Virus record (IMG/VR): IMGVR_UViG_2778261418_000018
Span: 1-36,850 of that record
DNA length: 36,850 nucleotides
Strand: one strand, 5' to 3'
Origin: a virus
Taxonomy: Duplodnaviria; Heunggongvirae; Uroviricota; Caudoviricetes
A model generated the notes under the pieces. That model saw only the letters and a program-made list of their open reading frames with translations, did no database searches and was not told where the DNA came from. This document shows, one piece after another, positions 8,959 through 17,824 of the stretch; within the stretch, counting starts at the first letter, position 1; every line of letters starts with the position of its first letter. The position numbers and the translations under genes are program-made.

Positions 8959-8988
8959 AAAACCGCTAATGGTCAGATTAGCGGTTTT
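8959..8988 (+). terminator. hairpin terminator after U, overlapping the invertase stop codon
   Basis: AAAACCGCTAAT-GGTCAG-ATTAGCGGTTTT then CATTTTCC; T-run only on the plus strand. Confidence 0.7.
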
Positions 8989-9577
8989 CATTTTCCTGAG
9001 TCTGCCTGGTTGTTTCTTCAGCCTGTATATCGCCTACAGGGTGATAACGATAAATTGTCGATATGCCGATGTCGTAAATGATCGCCAGTTGTTTCCTGTC
9101 ATGACCGTTTTTGATCAGCCTTGCTATTTGCTCATGCTGTTCTTTTGTCAGCTTCGGGCGACGTCCGCCTGTGCGCCCCCGTGCGCGCGCTGCCGCCAGT
9201 CCGGCCAGTGTACGTTCAACAATTAATTCACGTTCCATTTCAGCCAGGGCACCCATCACGTGGAAGAAAAAACGCCCCATTGGAGAAGATGTATCTATGC
9301 TGTCTGTCAGACTGCGAAAATTAATCCCTCGCTCCCGTAGTTCTCCGACGAGAGAAATCAGATGTTTCATGCTTCGCCCAAGGCGATCCAGTTTCCAGAC
9401 AACCAGCGTGTCACCTTTTTGAAGCCGCTTTAAAGCGCGTTTTAATCCCGGTCGGTCTGTCTTTGTCCCGCTTAATTTATCTTCAAATATTTGTTCACAT
9501 CCTGCACAAACAAGAGCGTTTCGTTGCAGGTCTGTATTCTGGTCATTTGTTGATACCCTTACATAACCAATCAGCAC
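8978..9577 (-). CDS. serine recombinase, DNA invertase of the Gin/Hin/Pin/Cin family
   Basis: LIGYVRVSTNDQNTDLQRNAL...GDTLVVWKLDRLGRS...MGRFFFHVMGALAEMERELIVERT; probable GTG start at 9577 giving MLIGYVRVS (ORF track start 9595 is TTG). Confidence 0.85.
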   Translation of the reverse strand: MLIGYVRVSTNDQNTDLQRNALVCAGCEQIFEDKLSGTKTDRPGLKRALKRLQKGDTLVVWKLDRLGRSMKHLISLVGELRERGINFRSLTDSIDTSSPMGRFFFHVMGALAEMERELIVERTLAGLAAARARGRTGGRRPKLTKEQHEQIARLIKNGHDRKQLAIIYDIGISTIYRYHPVGDIQAEETTRQTQENENR

Positions 9578-9631
9578 ACTGAATCTCCCGTCCAAAAGCG
9601 CAAATCATGCCATGCAGGCCGGAAACGGCCA

Positions 9632-9657
9632 TTATCTAAAACCTCGGTTTACAGGAA
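9632..9657. other. gix/hix-like recombination crossover site (left)
   Basis: TTATCTAAAACCTCGGTTTACAGGAA, very close to the Mu gix site as I recall it; part of an ~80-bp inverted repeat with 12621..12701. Confidence 0.75.
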
Positions 9658-9660
9658 ACG

Positions 9661-10638
9661 GTAAATCAGGCTTCTGGCGCATTACAGAAAAACCAGAACG
9701 GCGCAGATATTCCCGATAAAAAACTATTCCTGCGTAATATCGGCACAACAAATTCAACAACCATGTCTTTTAGTGGTGGTGCTGGATGGTTCAAACTGGC
9801 AACTGTAACAATGCCACAAGCCAGTTCCGTGGTTTACATAAGCCTGATTGGTGGCGCAGGGTATAACGTTGGCTCCCCGCAGCAAGCTGGCATATCTGAG
9901 CTGGTTCTGCGTGCAGGAAATGGGAATCCAAAAGGTATTACTGGTGCATTATGGCGACGGACCTCGGTTGGATTTACTAATTTTGCATGGGTGAATACAT
10001 CCGGTGATACCTATGACATTTATGTAGAAATAGGTAATTACGCCACAGGTGTTAATATCCAGTGGGATTATACAAAGGATGCAACTGTACAAATTCATAC
10101 ATCACCAACTTATACAGCGAATAAACCAACAGGCCTGACAGATGGAACTGTATATGTAATTTACAGTTCGCACATTAAACCGACTGCTGCTGATGTTGGG
10201 GCGTTGTCATTATCTGGAGGTCAATTGAATGGTGCACTGGGCATCGGAACATCCAGTGCTCTTGGCGGTAACTCGATTGTTTTGGGTGATAATGACACGG
10301 GCTTTAAACAAAATGGCGACGGTAATCTGGACGTTTATGCTAATAACGTCCATGTTATGCGCTTTGTCTCCGGCAGCATTCAAAGTAATAAAACCATAAA
10401 TATTACAGGGCGTGTTAACCCCTCGGATTACGGTAACTTTGATTCCCGCTATGTGAGAGATGTCCGACTTGGCACACGTGTTGTTCAGACTATGAAAAAA
10501 GGTGTGATGTATGAAAAATCAGGCCATGCAATTACGGGGCTTGGCATTATCGGCGAAGTTGATGGTGATGACCCCGCAGTATTCAGACCAATACAAAAAT
10601 ACATCAATGGCACATGGTATAACGTTGCGCAGGTGTAA
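9661..10638 (+). CDS. alternative tail-fibre C-terminal segment (Sv'-like), promoterless and start-less in this orientation
   Basis: Frame is open from the crossover site; first 18 codons (VNQASGALQKNQNGADIP) identical to the corresponding part of H; C-terminus ...RPIQKYINGTWYNVAQV parallels H ...RPIQYCINGTWYNAGSI. Confidence 0.7.
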   Translation, partial: VNQASGALQKNQNGADIPDKKLFLRNIGTTNSTTMSFSGGAGWFKLATVTMPQASSVVYISLIGGAGYNVGSPQQAGISELVLRAGNGNPKGITGALWRRTSVGFTNFAWVNTSGDTYDIYVEIGNYATGVNIQWDYTKDATVQIHTSPTYTANKPTGLTDGTVYVIYSSHIKPTAADVGALSLSGGQLNGALGIGTSSALGGNSIVLGDNDTGFKQNGDGNLDVYANNVHVMRFVSGSIQSNKTINITGRVNPSDYGNFDSRYVRDVRLGTRVVQTMKKGVMYEKSGHAITGLGIIGEVDGDDPAVFRPIQKYINGTWYNVAQV

Positions 10639-10641
10639 ATT

Positions 10642-11166
10642 ATGCAGCATTTAAAAAACATTAAGTCAGGTAATCCAAAAACAAAAGAACAATATCAGCT
10701 AACAAAGAATTTTGATGTTATCTGGTTATGGTCCGAAGACGGAAAAAACTGGTATGAGGAAGTGAAAAACTTTCAGCCAGACACAATAAAGATTGTTTAC
10801 GATGCAAATAATATTATTGTCGCCATCACCAAAGATGCCTCCACGCTTAACCCTGAAGGTTATAGCGTCGTTGAGGTTCCTGATATTACAGCTAATCGTC
10901 GTGCTGATGATTCCGGTAAGTGGATGTTTAAGGACGGAGCTGTGGTTAAACGGATTTATACGGCAGACGAGCAACAACAGGCCGAATCACAAAAGGCCGC
11001 GTTACTTTCCGAAGCAGAAAGCATTATTCAGCCACTGGAACGCGCTGTCAGGCTGAACATGGCAACAGATGAGGAGCGTAGCCGACTGGAAGCATGGGGA
11101 CGCTACAGTGTTATGGTCAGCCGTGTGGATACGGCAAAGCCAGAATGGCCACAAAAGCCTGAGTAA
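10642..11166 (+). CDS. tail-fibre assembly chaperone (alternative copy, U'-like)
   Basis: 174 aa, clearly similar to 11195..11728 ([22 protein letters not shown]... vs [22 protein letters not shown]...). Confidence 0.8.
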   Translation: MQHLKNIKSGNPKTKEQYQLTKNFDVIWLWSEDGKNWYEEVKNFQPDTIKIVYDANNIIVAITKDASTLNPEGYSVVEVPDITANRRADDSGKWMFKDGAVVKRIYTADEQQQAESQKAALLSEAESIIQPLERAVRLNMATDEERSRLEAWGRYSVMVSRVDTAKPEWPQKPE

Positions 11167-11171
11167 AAATT

Positions 11172-11191
11172 AAGGCCCGATATCGGGCCTT
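11172..11191. terminator. bidirectional terminator between convergent assembly-chaperone genes
   Basis: Perfect palindrome AAGGCCCG-ATAT-CGGGCCTT with A/T runs on both sides. Confidence 0.7.
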
Positions 11192-11194
11192 CTC

Positions 11195-11728
11195 TCATTC
11201 TGGTTGTTCTGGAAACGTTACTGGCAGGCTGGAGGTGTCTGTGGATTCGACTTTCTGCGCAAAGAGCATCCACTCTGTTAATTTTTGTTTATTCTCGTCG
11301 GAAATGATGCCCAGCCGTAGCTGTGAGTCCCATAGCTGGGTTTTATCCCTGACGAGCTGTAGCAGGCTTTGCTTTTCATTTTCCGCCTGCTGCCTCTGCT
11401 CTTCCGCGGTATAAGTTCGCTTTACCACTACGCCATCTTTGAACATCCATTTACCCGAAATGTCAGCACGGCGATTTGCTGTAATATCAGGTAATTCAAC
11501 GACGCTTGCGCCTTCCGGATTAATTGCTGAAACATCCTTTTCAATACAAATAATAACGCCGTTATGGTCATAGACCATTTTCAAAGTGTCTGGCTGGAAA
11601 TTCTTTTGTTCCTCATACCAGTTTTTTCCATCATCTGAATAAAGCCATTTGATGTTAAATTGCTTTGTTAGCTGGTATTGCTCTTTTGTTTTAGGGTTGC
11701 CAGCAGTAATGTTTTTTAAGTGCATCAT
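11195..11728 (-). CDS. G: tail-fibre assembly chaperone (expressed copy, P2 G-like)
   Basis: 177 aa directly downstream of H. Confidence 0.8.
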   Translation of the reverse strand: MMHLKNITAGNPKTKEQYQLTKQFNIKWLYSDDGKNWYEEQKNFQPDTLKMVYDHNGVIICIEKDVSAINPEGASVVELPDITANRRADISGKWMFKDGVVVKRTYTAEEQRQQAENEKQSLLQLVRDKTQLWDSQLRLGIISDENKQKLTEWMLFAQKVESTDTSSLPVTFPEQPE

Positions 11729-11730
11729 CG

Positions 11731-13833
11731 TTAAATACTCCCCGCGTTATACCACGTCCCATTAATGCAATACTGAATTGGCCTTGCCTGAGTTGTATCA
11801 ATTAATGCATCACGGTTTCCGTTAACTGAACCCGTAACGACATAACCTGACCTGTCAGACCAGCCGGGGCCATTCCATGTCTGAACAGATGACAGACCGC
11901 CAAGGCGAATACCTGTAATAAACCTTGAGTTACATTCTGCCTGCGTGTATGCACCAACATCTCCCGCAGAGGGTTTGCGGGTCGTGGTGTAAAACTCTGA
12001 CCAGTCAGCCTCAAATCCATAACCATCACGCGCTGAACGATAAAAAATACCGCCGTTCCTGTAATTCACGCGGAACTGTACAGCAGGGCAGCTCCCCGTA
12101 TTCATATTGAAGTGGAGGATTAATGTCGATGCGCCACCAATGTTTGCGTTATAGACCCCGCTATTCCAGTTCCAGCCAACAGCTTTATCATTTCCGACAG
12201 TGCTTCCTGTTTGCCCTAAAGCAAATGCAGGTTGTTGATTTTTCGTGTTGTAGTCTCGTCGCCAGCCAGGAGCGTAAGCATCACCATGATTAATATAAGT
12301 GAATTGAGCGTTATTAATTCCGCCACCGCTGGACGTGCTCGGCGTAGTAACGCGTATGGTCATTGCGCCGCGAGTGCCAATAACTTCCACCACAGCACCT
12401 GCAAGACAAATATTTCCGCAACCTGTATCTGTAATGACCTTATTATTTGCATAAGCCCATGAGCCTTTGCACATCCAGTAAGGATGGTTAAATGCTCCCT
12501 GACTCTCCAGCCACGAAATAAATTGCGCGGTTGTCCAGACCTGACTATCGCCACCAATATTCAGCCATGCGCTATATGCGCGGCAGGCCCCAATATTTTT
12601 GGTGAAGGTATCTTTTCCCGGAATATCTGCGCCGTTCTGGTTTTTCTGTAATGCGCCAGAAGCCTGATTTACCGTTTCCTGTAAACCGAGATATTCGATA
12701 ACAGCGGCAACGGTCGATTTCGCAAGAATATCCCGCCCGACTTTTGTCAGGGTTGCCAGGCTGGCGACATCATTCCCCGTAAAATACGGAAACTTGTCTG
12801 CCGCAGTAGCAAGCCCGGCCAGCGCCGTCAGGGTGGCATCTTTCGGTTGCTTACCCGCAAGCGCGTTAGTCATGGTGGTCGCAAAATTCGGGTCGTTTCC
12901 CAGCGCCGCCGCTAACTCGTTCAGCGTATTCAGTGCGTCAGGTGACGAATCTACAAGGGCGGCAATCGCGGCCATCACATAAGCCGTGCTTGCGATCTGA
13001 GTATTATTAGTACCTTTTGGCGCAGTTGGCGTTGTTGGCGTTCCAGTCAGCGCCGGGCTGTTTAATGGGGCTTTCTTGTTCGTTTCATCCATTACCGCCT
13101 TAACCGCTTTTGGTGTCGCTGCCAGCGTTTCAGACGTGCTGTTGGTTGCATTGCTGAGCTGGACTATCCCTTTTCGTGCCGTCGTGGCGTCCTGAGCGGT
13201 ATATTTTCCGTTAGCCAGGTCATACGCGGCCTTAACCGCTTTCGGCGTTGCGGCCAGCGTTTCAGAATCGCTGTTAGTGGCGCTACTGAGTTGAACAAAG
13301 CCTTTTGCGGTCAGCGAGGCATCCGGGTGACGTCGTGACTGTTCATGCTCTTTCAGTTTGTCATCCACGTAATCCACTGTGGCCATCACCATGGTGTTAT
13401 CCACGGTAAGCGCCACGGTGGCAGTGCTGGATACGGTCAGAATGGTGCGAAATGTTTGTGCACGTCCGGACCCTTCGGCAACGGTTGGCTTGTAACTTTC
13501 GGCAGTATTGCCCACCGCGATTAAATCGCCGTGCTCATCAAATACACCAATTTCCCGGATCCAGAATCCGCCCGTTTCAGGAGGAATAACCAGCTCTGCA
13601 ATAATGCGGTTCTGATGTGTTGCGTCCAGGATGACGCGATTAACAGTATGTCGCCACACCTCATGCACCAGACGGGTCTGCTTACTGTCAGGTGTGGGCA
13701 ATGTACCGCCACCGTCGCCCACGGCCATATGAGTCAGGCGGACAGGCTTACCATCTGGCGCGGCTGCCTGCGCTAATTTTTTTGCACCCGTATCGGTGAT
13801 AACGGTTTTAAATTTTCGTGTTGTGGTACTCAT
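11731..13833 (-). CDS. H: tail fibre protein H (constant N-terminus plus currently joined variable C-terminus)
   Basis: 700 aa; tandem SETLAATPKAVKA repeats; crossover site inside the coding sequence at 12676..12701. Confidence 0.85.
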   Translation of the reverse strand: MSTTTRKFKTVITDTGAKKLAQAAAPDGKPVRLTHMAVGDGGGTLPTPDSKQTRLVHEVWRHTVNRVILDATHQNRIIAELVIPPETGGFWIREIGVFDEHGDLIAVGNTAESYKPTVAEGSGRAQTFRTILTVSSTATVALTVDNTMVMATVDYVDDKLKEHEQSRRHPDASLTAKGFVQLSSATNSDSETLAATPKAVKAAYDLANGKYTAQDATTARKGIVQLSNATNSTSETLAATPKAVKAVMDETNKKAPLNSPALTGTPTTPTAPKGTNNTQIASTAYVMAAIAALVDSSPDALNTLNELAAALGNDPNFATTMTNALAGKQPKDATLTALAGLATAADKFPYFTGNDVASLATLTKVGRDILAKSTVAAVIEYLGLQETVNQASGALQKNQNGADIPGKDTFTKNIGACRAYSAWLNIGGDSQVWTTAQFISWLESQGAFNHPYWMCKGSWAYANNKVITDTGCGNICLAGAVVEVIGTRGAMTIRVTTPSTSSGGGINNAQFTYINHGDAYAPGWRRDYNTKNQQPAFALGQTGSTVGNDKAVGWNWNSGVYNANIGGASTLILHFNMNTGSCPAVQFRVNYRNGGIFYRSARDGYGFEADWSEFYTTTRKPSAGDVGAYTQAECNSRFITGIRLGGLSSVQTWNGPGWSDRSGYVVTGSVNGNRDALIDTTQARPIQYCINGTWYNAGSI
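12676..12701. other. gix/hix-like recombination crossover site (right, inverted)
   Basis: Plus strand TTCCTGTAAACCGAGATATTCGATAA, reverse complement TTATCGAATATCTCGGTTTACAGGAA; inner arm and ~55 bp of adjoining sequence identical to the left copy. Confidence 0.75.
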
Positions 13834-13835
13834 GC

Positions 13836-14366
13836 TTAATCGTCCGGATAAATGGTAATGACTTCACCGTCGTAAGTTGCTGCCGCCGCGAAAATATCTC
13901 CAGGGATCTCCTGAATGATATTCAGCCCTGTCATGTGGCGGCTGACCGGGCGGGCATCAGCAATCAACCGCTCCATTTCCAGATACATTTCCTCCGTCAC
14001 GCCACTGTCCAGTGTGCCGACTTCAACGGTAAATGTTCCCGGTTCTCCGCCGAACTCCCACCATTCAGACACGCGAATGAGGTATCCCAGCGGCTCAATG
14101 GCCCTGCGCAGTGCGCTGATGGTCCCTTTGTGTCGGTGTATCAGCCATGCATCACGAATCACCTGTCGCTTTGTCTCTTCCGGCCAGTTGCGATCCCAGC
14201 GGTCAACGGAAAATGCCCAGGCGAGATAGGGCAGCAGATGCACCGGGCAGGTATCCGGCGACCACAGTGTGTTGAGGTCTACCGGAATGTCTGTAATGCG
14301 TGTTCCGACGGCTTCGGCACAACGCATGAAATTGCTGGCTGATGGTGGTAACAACGAATTACTCAT
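13836..14366 (-). CDS. I: baseplate protein I
   Basis: Start at internal ATG with RBS AAGGTGG gives 176 aa, the size I recall for P2 gpI. Confidence 0.8.
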   Translation of the reverse strand: MSNSLLPPSASNFMRCAEAVGTRITDIPVDLNTLWSPDTCPVHLLPYLAWAFSVDRWDRNWPEETKRQVIRDAWLIHRHKGTISALRRAIEPLGYLIRVSEWWEFGGEPGTFTVEVGTLDSGVTEEMYLEMERLIADARPVSRHMTGLNIIQEIPGDIFAAAATYDGEVITIYPDD

Positions 14367-15255
14367 TGCGCCCACCTTCGCTGATGGTGAATGACTCACA
14401 GCGCGCCGCCTGTATGTCGCTGATGGCCATATTCTGTGTGGGTTCGATTATCTCCACGCGTTGCACACCGTGCACATGCAGTGCGGCAGCAATGGCGGAC
14501 AACGCCACGTCCTGACCGATAAGCCCCTGCTCAGCCAGCCACTTCCTGAACGACGATTCCGCCGCAGCCAGAATAGGTTCGGATTCCGGACCGGGGTAAA
14601 AGTACAGTTTTGCATTCAGCCGCCATGTCACGATTCTGGCGCTCTGTACGGTCAGGCGGTCGGCCACCGGGCGGGTATCCTCTGCATTCAGAACGGCGCG
14701 AACGGTATTAAGCAACGCCTCCGTTGCTGTGCCGTCGCCCTCAGTGGACAGGATGGAAACCGTCACGTTGGCCGGAGACGGGCTGATGGCCCGCGCGTCA
14801 CGCACCAGACCGCTGGCGCTGCGGGCAAAATACTCGTATGCACCTGACGGGCCAGCAACACTCAGGCCGTCGTACGCCCGCTGCGCCCGCAGTCTCAGCG
14901 AGGTGTCGCTCTCCATCACCGCGTCGGTGGTATCCGTTGCCGGAGTGATAACCAGGCGCTTTGTGTTCATATTGCCCGCGAGGTTGTCCAGGTCTGTCCC
15001 GGCGCTGTGGCTTAACATGCAGGCGCGTGCACCCTCATTGACCCGCTGGCGTAACAGCATTTCACGAAACGCTGTTGTCTGGGCGATAACGTTCAGGGGT
15101 TCTGATTCCAGCTCCAGCGCGGCGGAGATGGCTTCACGCTGTTCGGCAGGATAGGACGCAATCATCATGGCCTTTGTGTCAGCCAGAATTGCCTCAAAGT
15201 CAGGCTCCGCGATGATGGCGGGGTCCGGTAACTGTGAAAGGTCAACGGCAGGCAT
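14359..15255 (-). CDS. J: baseplate protein J
   Basis: 298 aa, P2 J-like position and size. Confidence 0.85.
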   Translation of the reverse strand: MPAVDLSQLPDPAIIAEPDFEAILADTKAMMIASYPAEQREAISAALELESEPLNVIAQTTAFREMLLRQRVNEGARACMLSHSAGTDLDNLAGNMNTKRLVITPATDTTDAVMESDTSLRLRAQRAYDGLSVAGPSGAYEYFARSASGLVRDARAISPSPANVTVSILSTEGDGTATEALLNTVRAVLNAEDTRPVADRLTVQSARIVTWRLNAKLYFYPGPESEPILAAAESSFRKWLAEQGLIGQDVALSAIAAALHVHGVQRVEIIEPTQNMAISDIQAARCESFTISEGGRNE

Positions 15256-15258
15256 GAT

Positions 15259-15609
15259 TTACTCCCTCAGCGTGATGGTTAATTCAACATTCTGCATGGT
15301 CTGCATGACAGTGCCCGACAGCGTCACCCCGGCGCGGCCTCCTGCCTTCCAGACAACGTCGATGGCGTCCAGGGCAATGCGGGGTTCCCATCGTGTCAGC
15401 GCAATAACGGCAGCGCTCATGCATTGCAGGCGCGTGGTGTTATTCATGGGTTCGTCAATCAAATCAGGCACAAGGCTGCCATATTCCCGTCGCATAACCC
15501 GGCTTGCCAGCGGGGTGGTCAGGATGTCCCTGACTGACTGTTTCAGGTGCTCCATATCGTTCAGGTTTCCCGTCCCGTCCGGATTCATTCCTGTGTAGCG
15601 GGTTGTCAC
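15259..15609 (-). CDS. W: baseplate protein W
   Basis: 116 aa, P2 W-like. Confidence 0.8.
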   Translation of the reverse strand: MTTRYTGMNPDGTGNLNDMEHLKQSVRDILTTPLASRVMRREYGSLVPDLIDEPMNNTTRLQCMSAAVIALTRWEPRIALDAIDVVWKAGGRAGVTLSGTVMQTMQNVELTITLRE

Positions 15610-16187
15610 TGCGGGCCTCCTGTCGAATCGCTGCCACCTTTAACGCCACCGTGCTTATGCGTATGCACTGTGATGCCGTTTGAGGTGAAATCGCCGCCGC
15701 TGTGCGTGATATTGCCGCTCATCTTTCCCCCTTTTGTGACGTCAAGCGTCGCTGTTCTCAGAAGGTCTGTGCATTCCACGACGGGCGTGTCCAGTTTCAC
15801 GCTGACGGATGCCTGCAAAGTGGCCGTTTTCATGCCGCTGGCGCTCAGTGCGCCTGCGTCCGCGTCGTAGCGGAACGCCGCGCCATCCGGTGCGCTGACC
15901 ACGATTTCTTTCAGGCTTTTGCCGGGGGCCGGACTGGCATCACTCCACAGGCTGCCAATTATCATGGCGGTTTCCGGGTTGCCGCCAATGCAGGCAATTA
16001 CCACCTGTTCGCCGGGTGATGGCGGCAGCCACACATTGAAGGCTCCCGCGCGCGTGGTGTTCCAGCGCAACCAGCCTGTTTCCAGTTCGCCGCTGCGAAC
16101 GCGCACGCGCCAGGACTTCTCATCAACTTCAGAGATGATCCCGGTGCGGATGATATTGCTCAGCAGTCGCATAAGTTCTGCGCTCAC
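15606..16187 (-). CDS. V: baseplate spike/assembly protein V
   Basis: 193 aa, overlaps W start. Confidence 0.8.
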   Translation of the reverse strand: MSAELMRLLSNIIRTGIISEVDEKSWRVRVRSGELETGWLRWNTTRAGAFNVWLPPSPGEQVVIACIGGNPETAMIIGSLWSDASPAPGKSLKEIVVSAPDGAAFRYDADAGALSASGMKTATLQASVSVKLDTPVVECTDLLRTATLDVTKGGKMSGNITHSGGDFTSNGITVHTHKHGGVKGGSDSTGGPQ

Positions 16188-16828
16188 CGTACAGCCTCCG
16201 CAATCCGGCCCAGCACCGTGTTATAAATCAGGCGCTCATCTGCCTGACTGATACCCAGCAGCTCACGTACCGGGTAATCGGTGAAAATGCCCGGCGCAAC
16301 CTGATCGCGTTCACCGAACTGATGAACGCGGGCAATACGTGCGGCCACGCCGCTGTAACCCACCGTCACACCGGAAGCATCTGCACGGGCTTTCAGGTAG
16401 CGGGCGGTGCGCAGTTTTACGAACATGGGGACGCGCTTTGTGCTGTCCTGGTTGATGCGCCGGGTGCGTATTTCCAGAAAACGGTCGATGTCATCCCGGT
16501 AAAACGTGCGGATATTGTTTTTATCCTCATCCCACCCGGTAATGGTTCGCCCGTATTTCCCCGTGTCGTGATGCCAGTTTTTCAGCGTGCGTGCTTCGTT
16601 ATTCCAGATAAAGCGAATGCGCTCCTGTATCCGGGTTACGCGGCGTCTGCGTGGTGTCCATGCAGTTCCGTCCGGCGCTTTCTGTGACCGGATACGTGCC
16701 TGCTGGGCGCGACGTAAATCCTGTGCCAGCTTTCTGGCGATGTTATTGATGGCCTGCTGATTCAGGCTGTCGCGGATAGCCTCAAAGGTTTCATCCACGC
16801 GGGTGAATGCCTTATCCATCGCTTTCAC
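16184..16828 (-). CDS. S: virion morphogenesis / tail completion protein S-like
   Basis: Position between R and V; 214 aa is longer than P2 S as I recall it. Confidence 0.6.
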   Translation of the reverse strand: MKAMDKAFTRVDETFEAIRDSLNQQAINNIARKLAQDLRRAQQARIRSQKAPDGTAWTPRRRRVTRIQERIRFIWNNEARTLKNWHHDTGKYGRTITGWDEDKNNIRTFYRDDIDRFLEIRTRRINQDSTKRVPMFVKLRTARYLKARADASGVTVGYSGVAARIARVHQFGERDQVAPGIFTDYPVRELLGISQADERLIYNTVLGRIAEAVR

Positions 16829-17279
16829 CCCACGTCACATCCTGGAATACATGCGACCAGTCGCCTTCGGAAGAGGGCAGACGGGGTTTTGGCTCCGGCA
16901 GGTGTTCTGCCTGCGGTGTCCCCTGACTGCTGCGCGTGATGCGAACGCGTTCCCGCAGAGGGAGCGTAAACAGGAGATCGGCGCTGTCATCGTCATTGAT
17001 AACGGCGGAGAATTTGATGTCCTGATTACGCTCCGGATTGAGCAACAACTGTGGCTGATTTTCGGATAACCACGCCAGCAGCGGCAGCGTGAGGTCGTCC
17101 AGCTCCCCGGCGTAATCCATGACAAACATCACCATCTGATAGCGGTAAACAAACGAGGGCGTTTCTCCGGTCGTTTCAATGTTGCCGCTCTCCACGAAAA
17201 TGGTGAATTTTTCCGGGTTGGCCTGACACCATCGGCATGAACGGGTCATGGCTTCACGCAGGGAATCAGTTTTCAGCAT
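16812..17279 (-). CDS. R: tail completion protein R
   Basis: 155 aa, P2 R-like size and position. Confidence 0.75.
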   Translation of the reverse strand: MLKTDSLREAMTRSCRWCQANPEKFTIFVESGNIETTGETPSFVYRYQMVMFVMDYAGELDDLTLPLLAWLSENQPQLLLNPERNQDIKFSAVINDDDSADLLFTLPLRERVRITRSSQGTPQAEHLPEPKPRLPSSEGDWSHVFQDVTWGESDG

Positions 17280-17556
17280 GGTTGTTATCCTCGTTGTTCA
17301 GTCGTTGCAGACTGCGCTGTTCCAGTAATTCAATGGCCCGTTTATCAGCGTTACAGGTTTCCAGTGCATCCAGAAGGCGGTCGCCCCATATACCGAGATT
17401 TCCCCATGTGGGAGTGTCAGGGAAGGGGGGAGGTGTTACCGGTATGGTCAGCGTCTGCGGTATAAGCCGGACTGACGGCGCTGGCAGTGGCGCGTTCTGC
17501 GTGCCTGCGCAACCTGTCAGTAAAACGAGCGTCAGGCAAAGCGTGGGCGCATTCAT
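17266..17556 (-). CDS. o-spanin (LysC/Rz1-like lipoprotein) embedded out of frame in the i-spanin gene
   Basis: MNAPTLCLTLVLLTGCAG lipobox followed by Pro-rich segment; start taken at internal ATG. Confidence 0.5.
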   Translation of the reverse strand: MNAPTLCLTLVLLTGCAGTQNAPLPAPSVRLIPQTLTIPVTPPPFPDTPTWGNLGIWGDRLLDALETCNADKRAIELLEQRSLQRLNNEDNNHAEN

Positions 17557-17824
17557 CTTTTGCAATATCGTTGCGTAGCTGTTCACGTCTGGCCTCTCCG
17601 TCCTGATTTCTCTGTTGATTTTCCACGCGGAGTTGCGCCAGCACCTGCTGCATATCCTGTACCCCGGTGCTGATGATATTCAGGGTGTCGACGGTGCTTT
17701 TCAGGGCGCTGGCCTGCGCTTCGTTTCTGGCGTTCTCCCGGCCCAGCGACCACGACAGACGCATGGATGTTCCCCATCCGGCAATCAGAAGGAAAGCGAC
17801 GCCAAGCGTGGGCCAGAGCTTCAT
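17417..17824 (-). CDS. i-spanin (LysB/Rz-like)
   Basis: MKLWPTLGVAFLLIAGWG N-terminal TM then coiled-coil; ATGA overlap with endolysin stop. Confidence 0.6.
   Translation of the reverse strand: MKLWPTLGVAFLLIAGWGTSMRLSWSLGRENARNEAQASALKSTVDTLNIISTGVQDMQQVLAQLRVENQQRNQDGEARREQLRNDIAKDECAHALPDARFTDRLRRHAERATASAVSPAYTADADHTGNTSPLP

Larger units (their letters stand above)
9632..12701. other. invertible tail-fibre segment (Mu G / P1 C-type), ~3.07 kb
   Basis: Bounded by inverted gix-like sites; contains two oppositely oriented sets of fibre C-terminus plus assembly chaperone; invertase gene adjacent. Confidence 0.8.

Noticed and set aside
3209-8977. Invertase-mediated site-specific inversion as the cause of the FETU block orientation
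   Set aside because: No gix-like half-sites or any inverted repeat detectable by eye at either junction; the hairpin at 8959..8988 has an 18-nt spacer, not a 2-bp crossover core.
13000-13350. Tandem DNA repeats inside gene H
   Set aside because: They encode the repeated fibre motif SETLAATPKAVKA in frame; a protein-level structural repeat, not a CRISPR array or mobile element.
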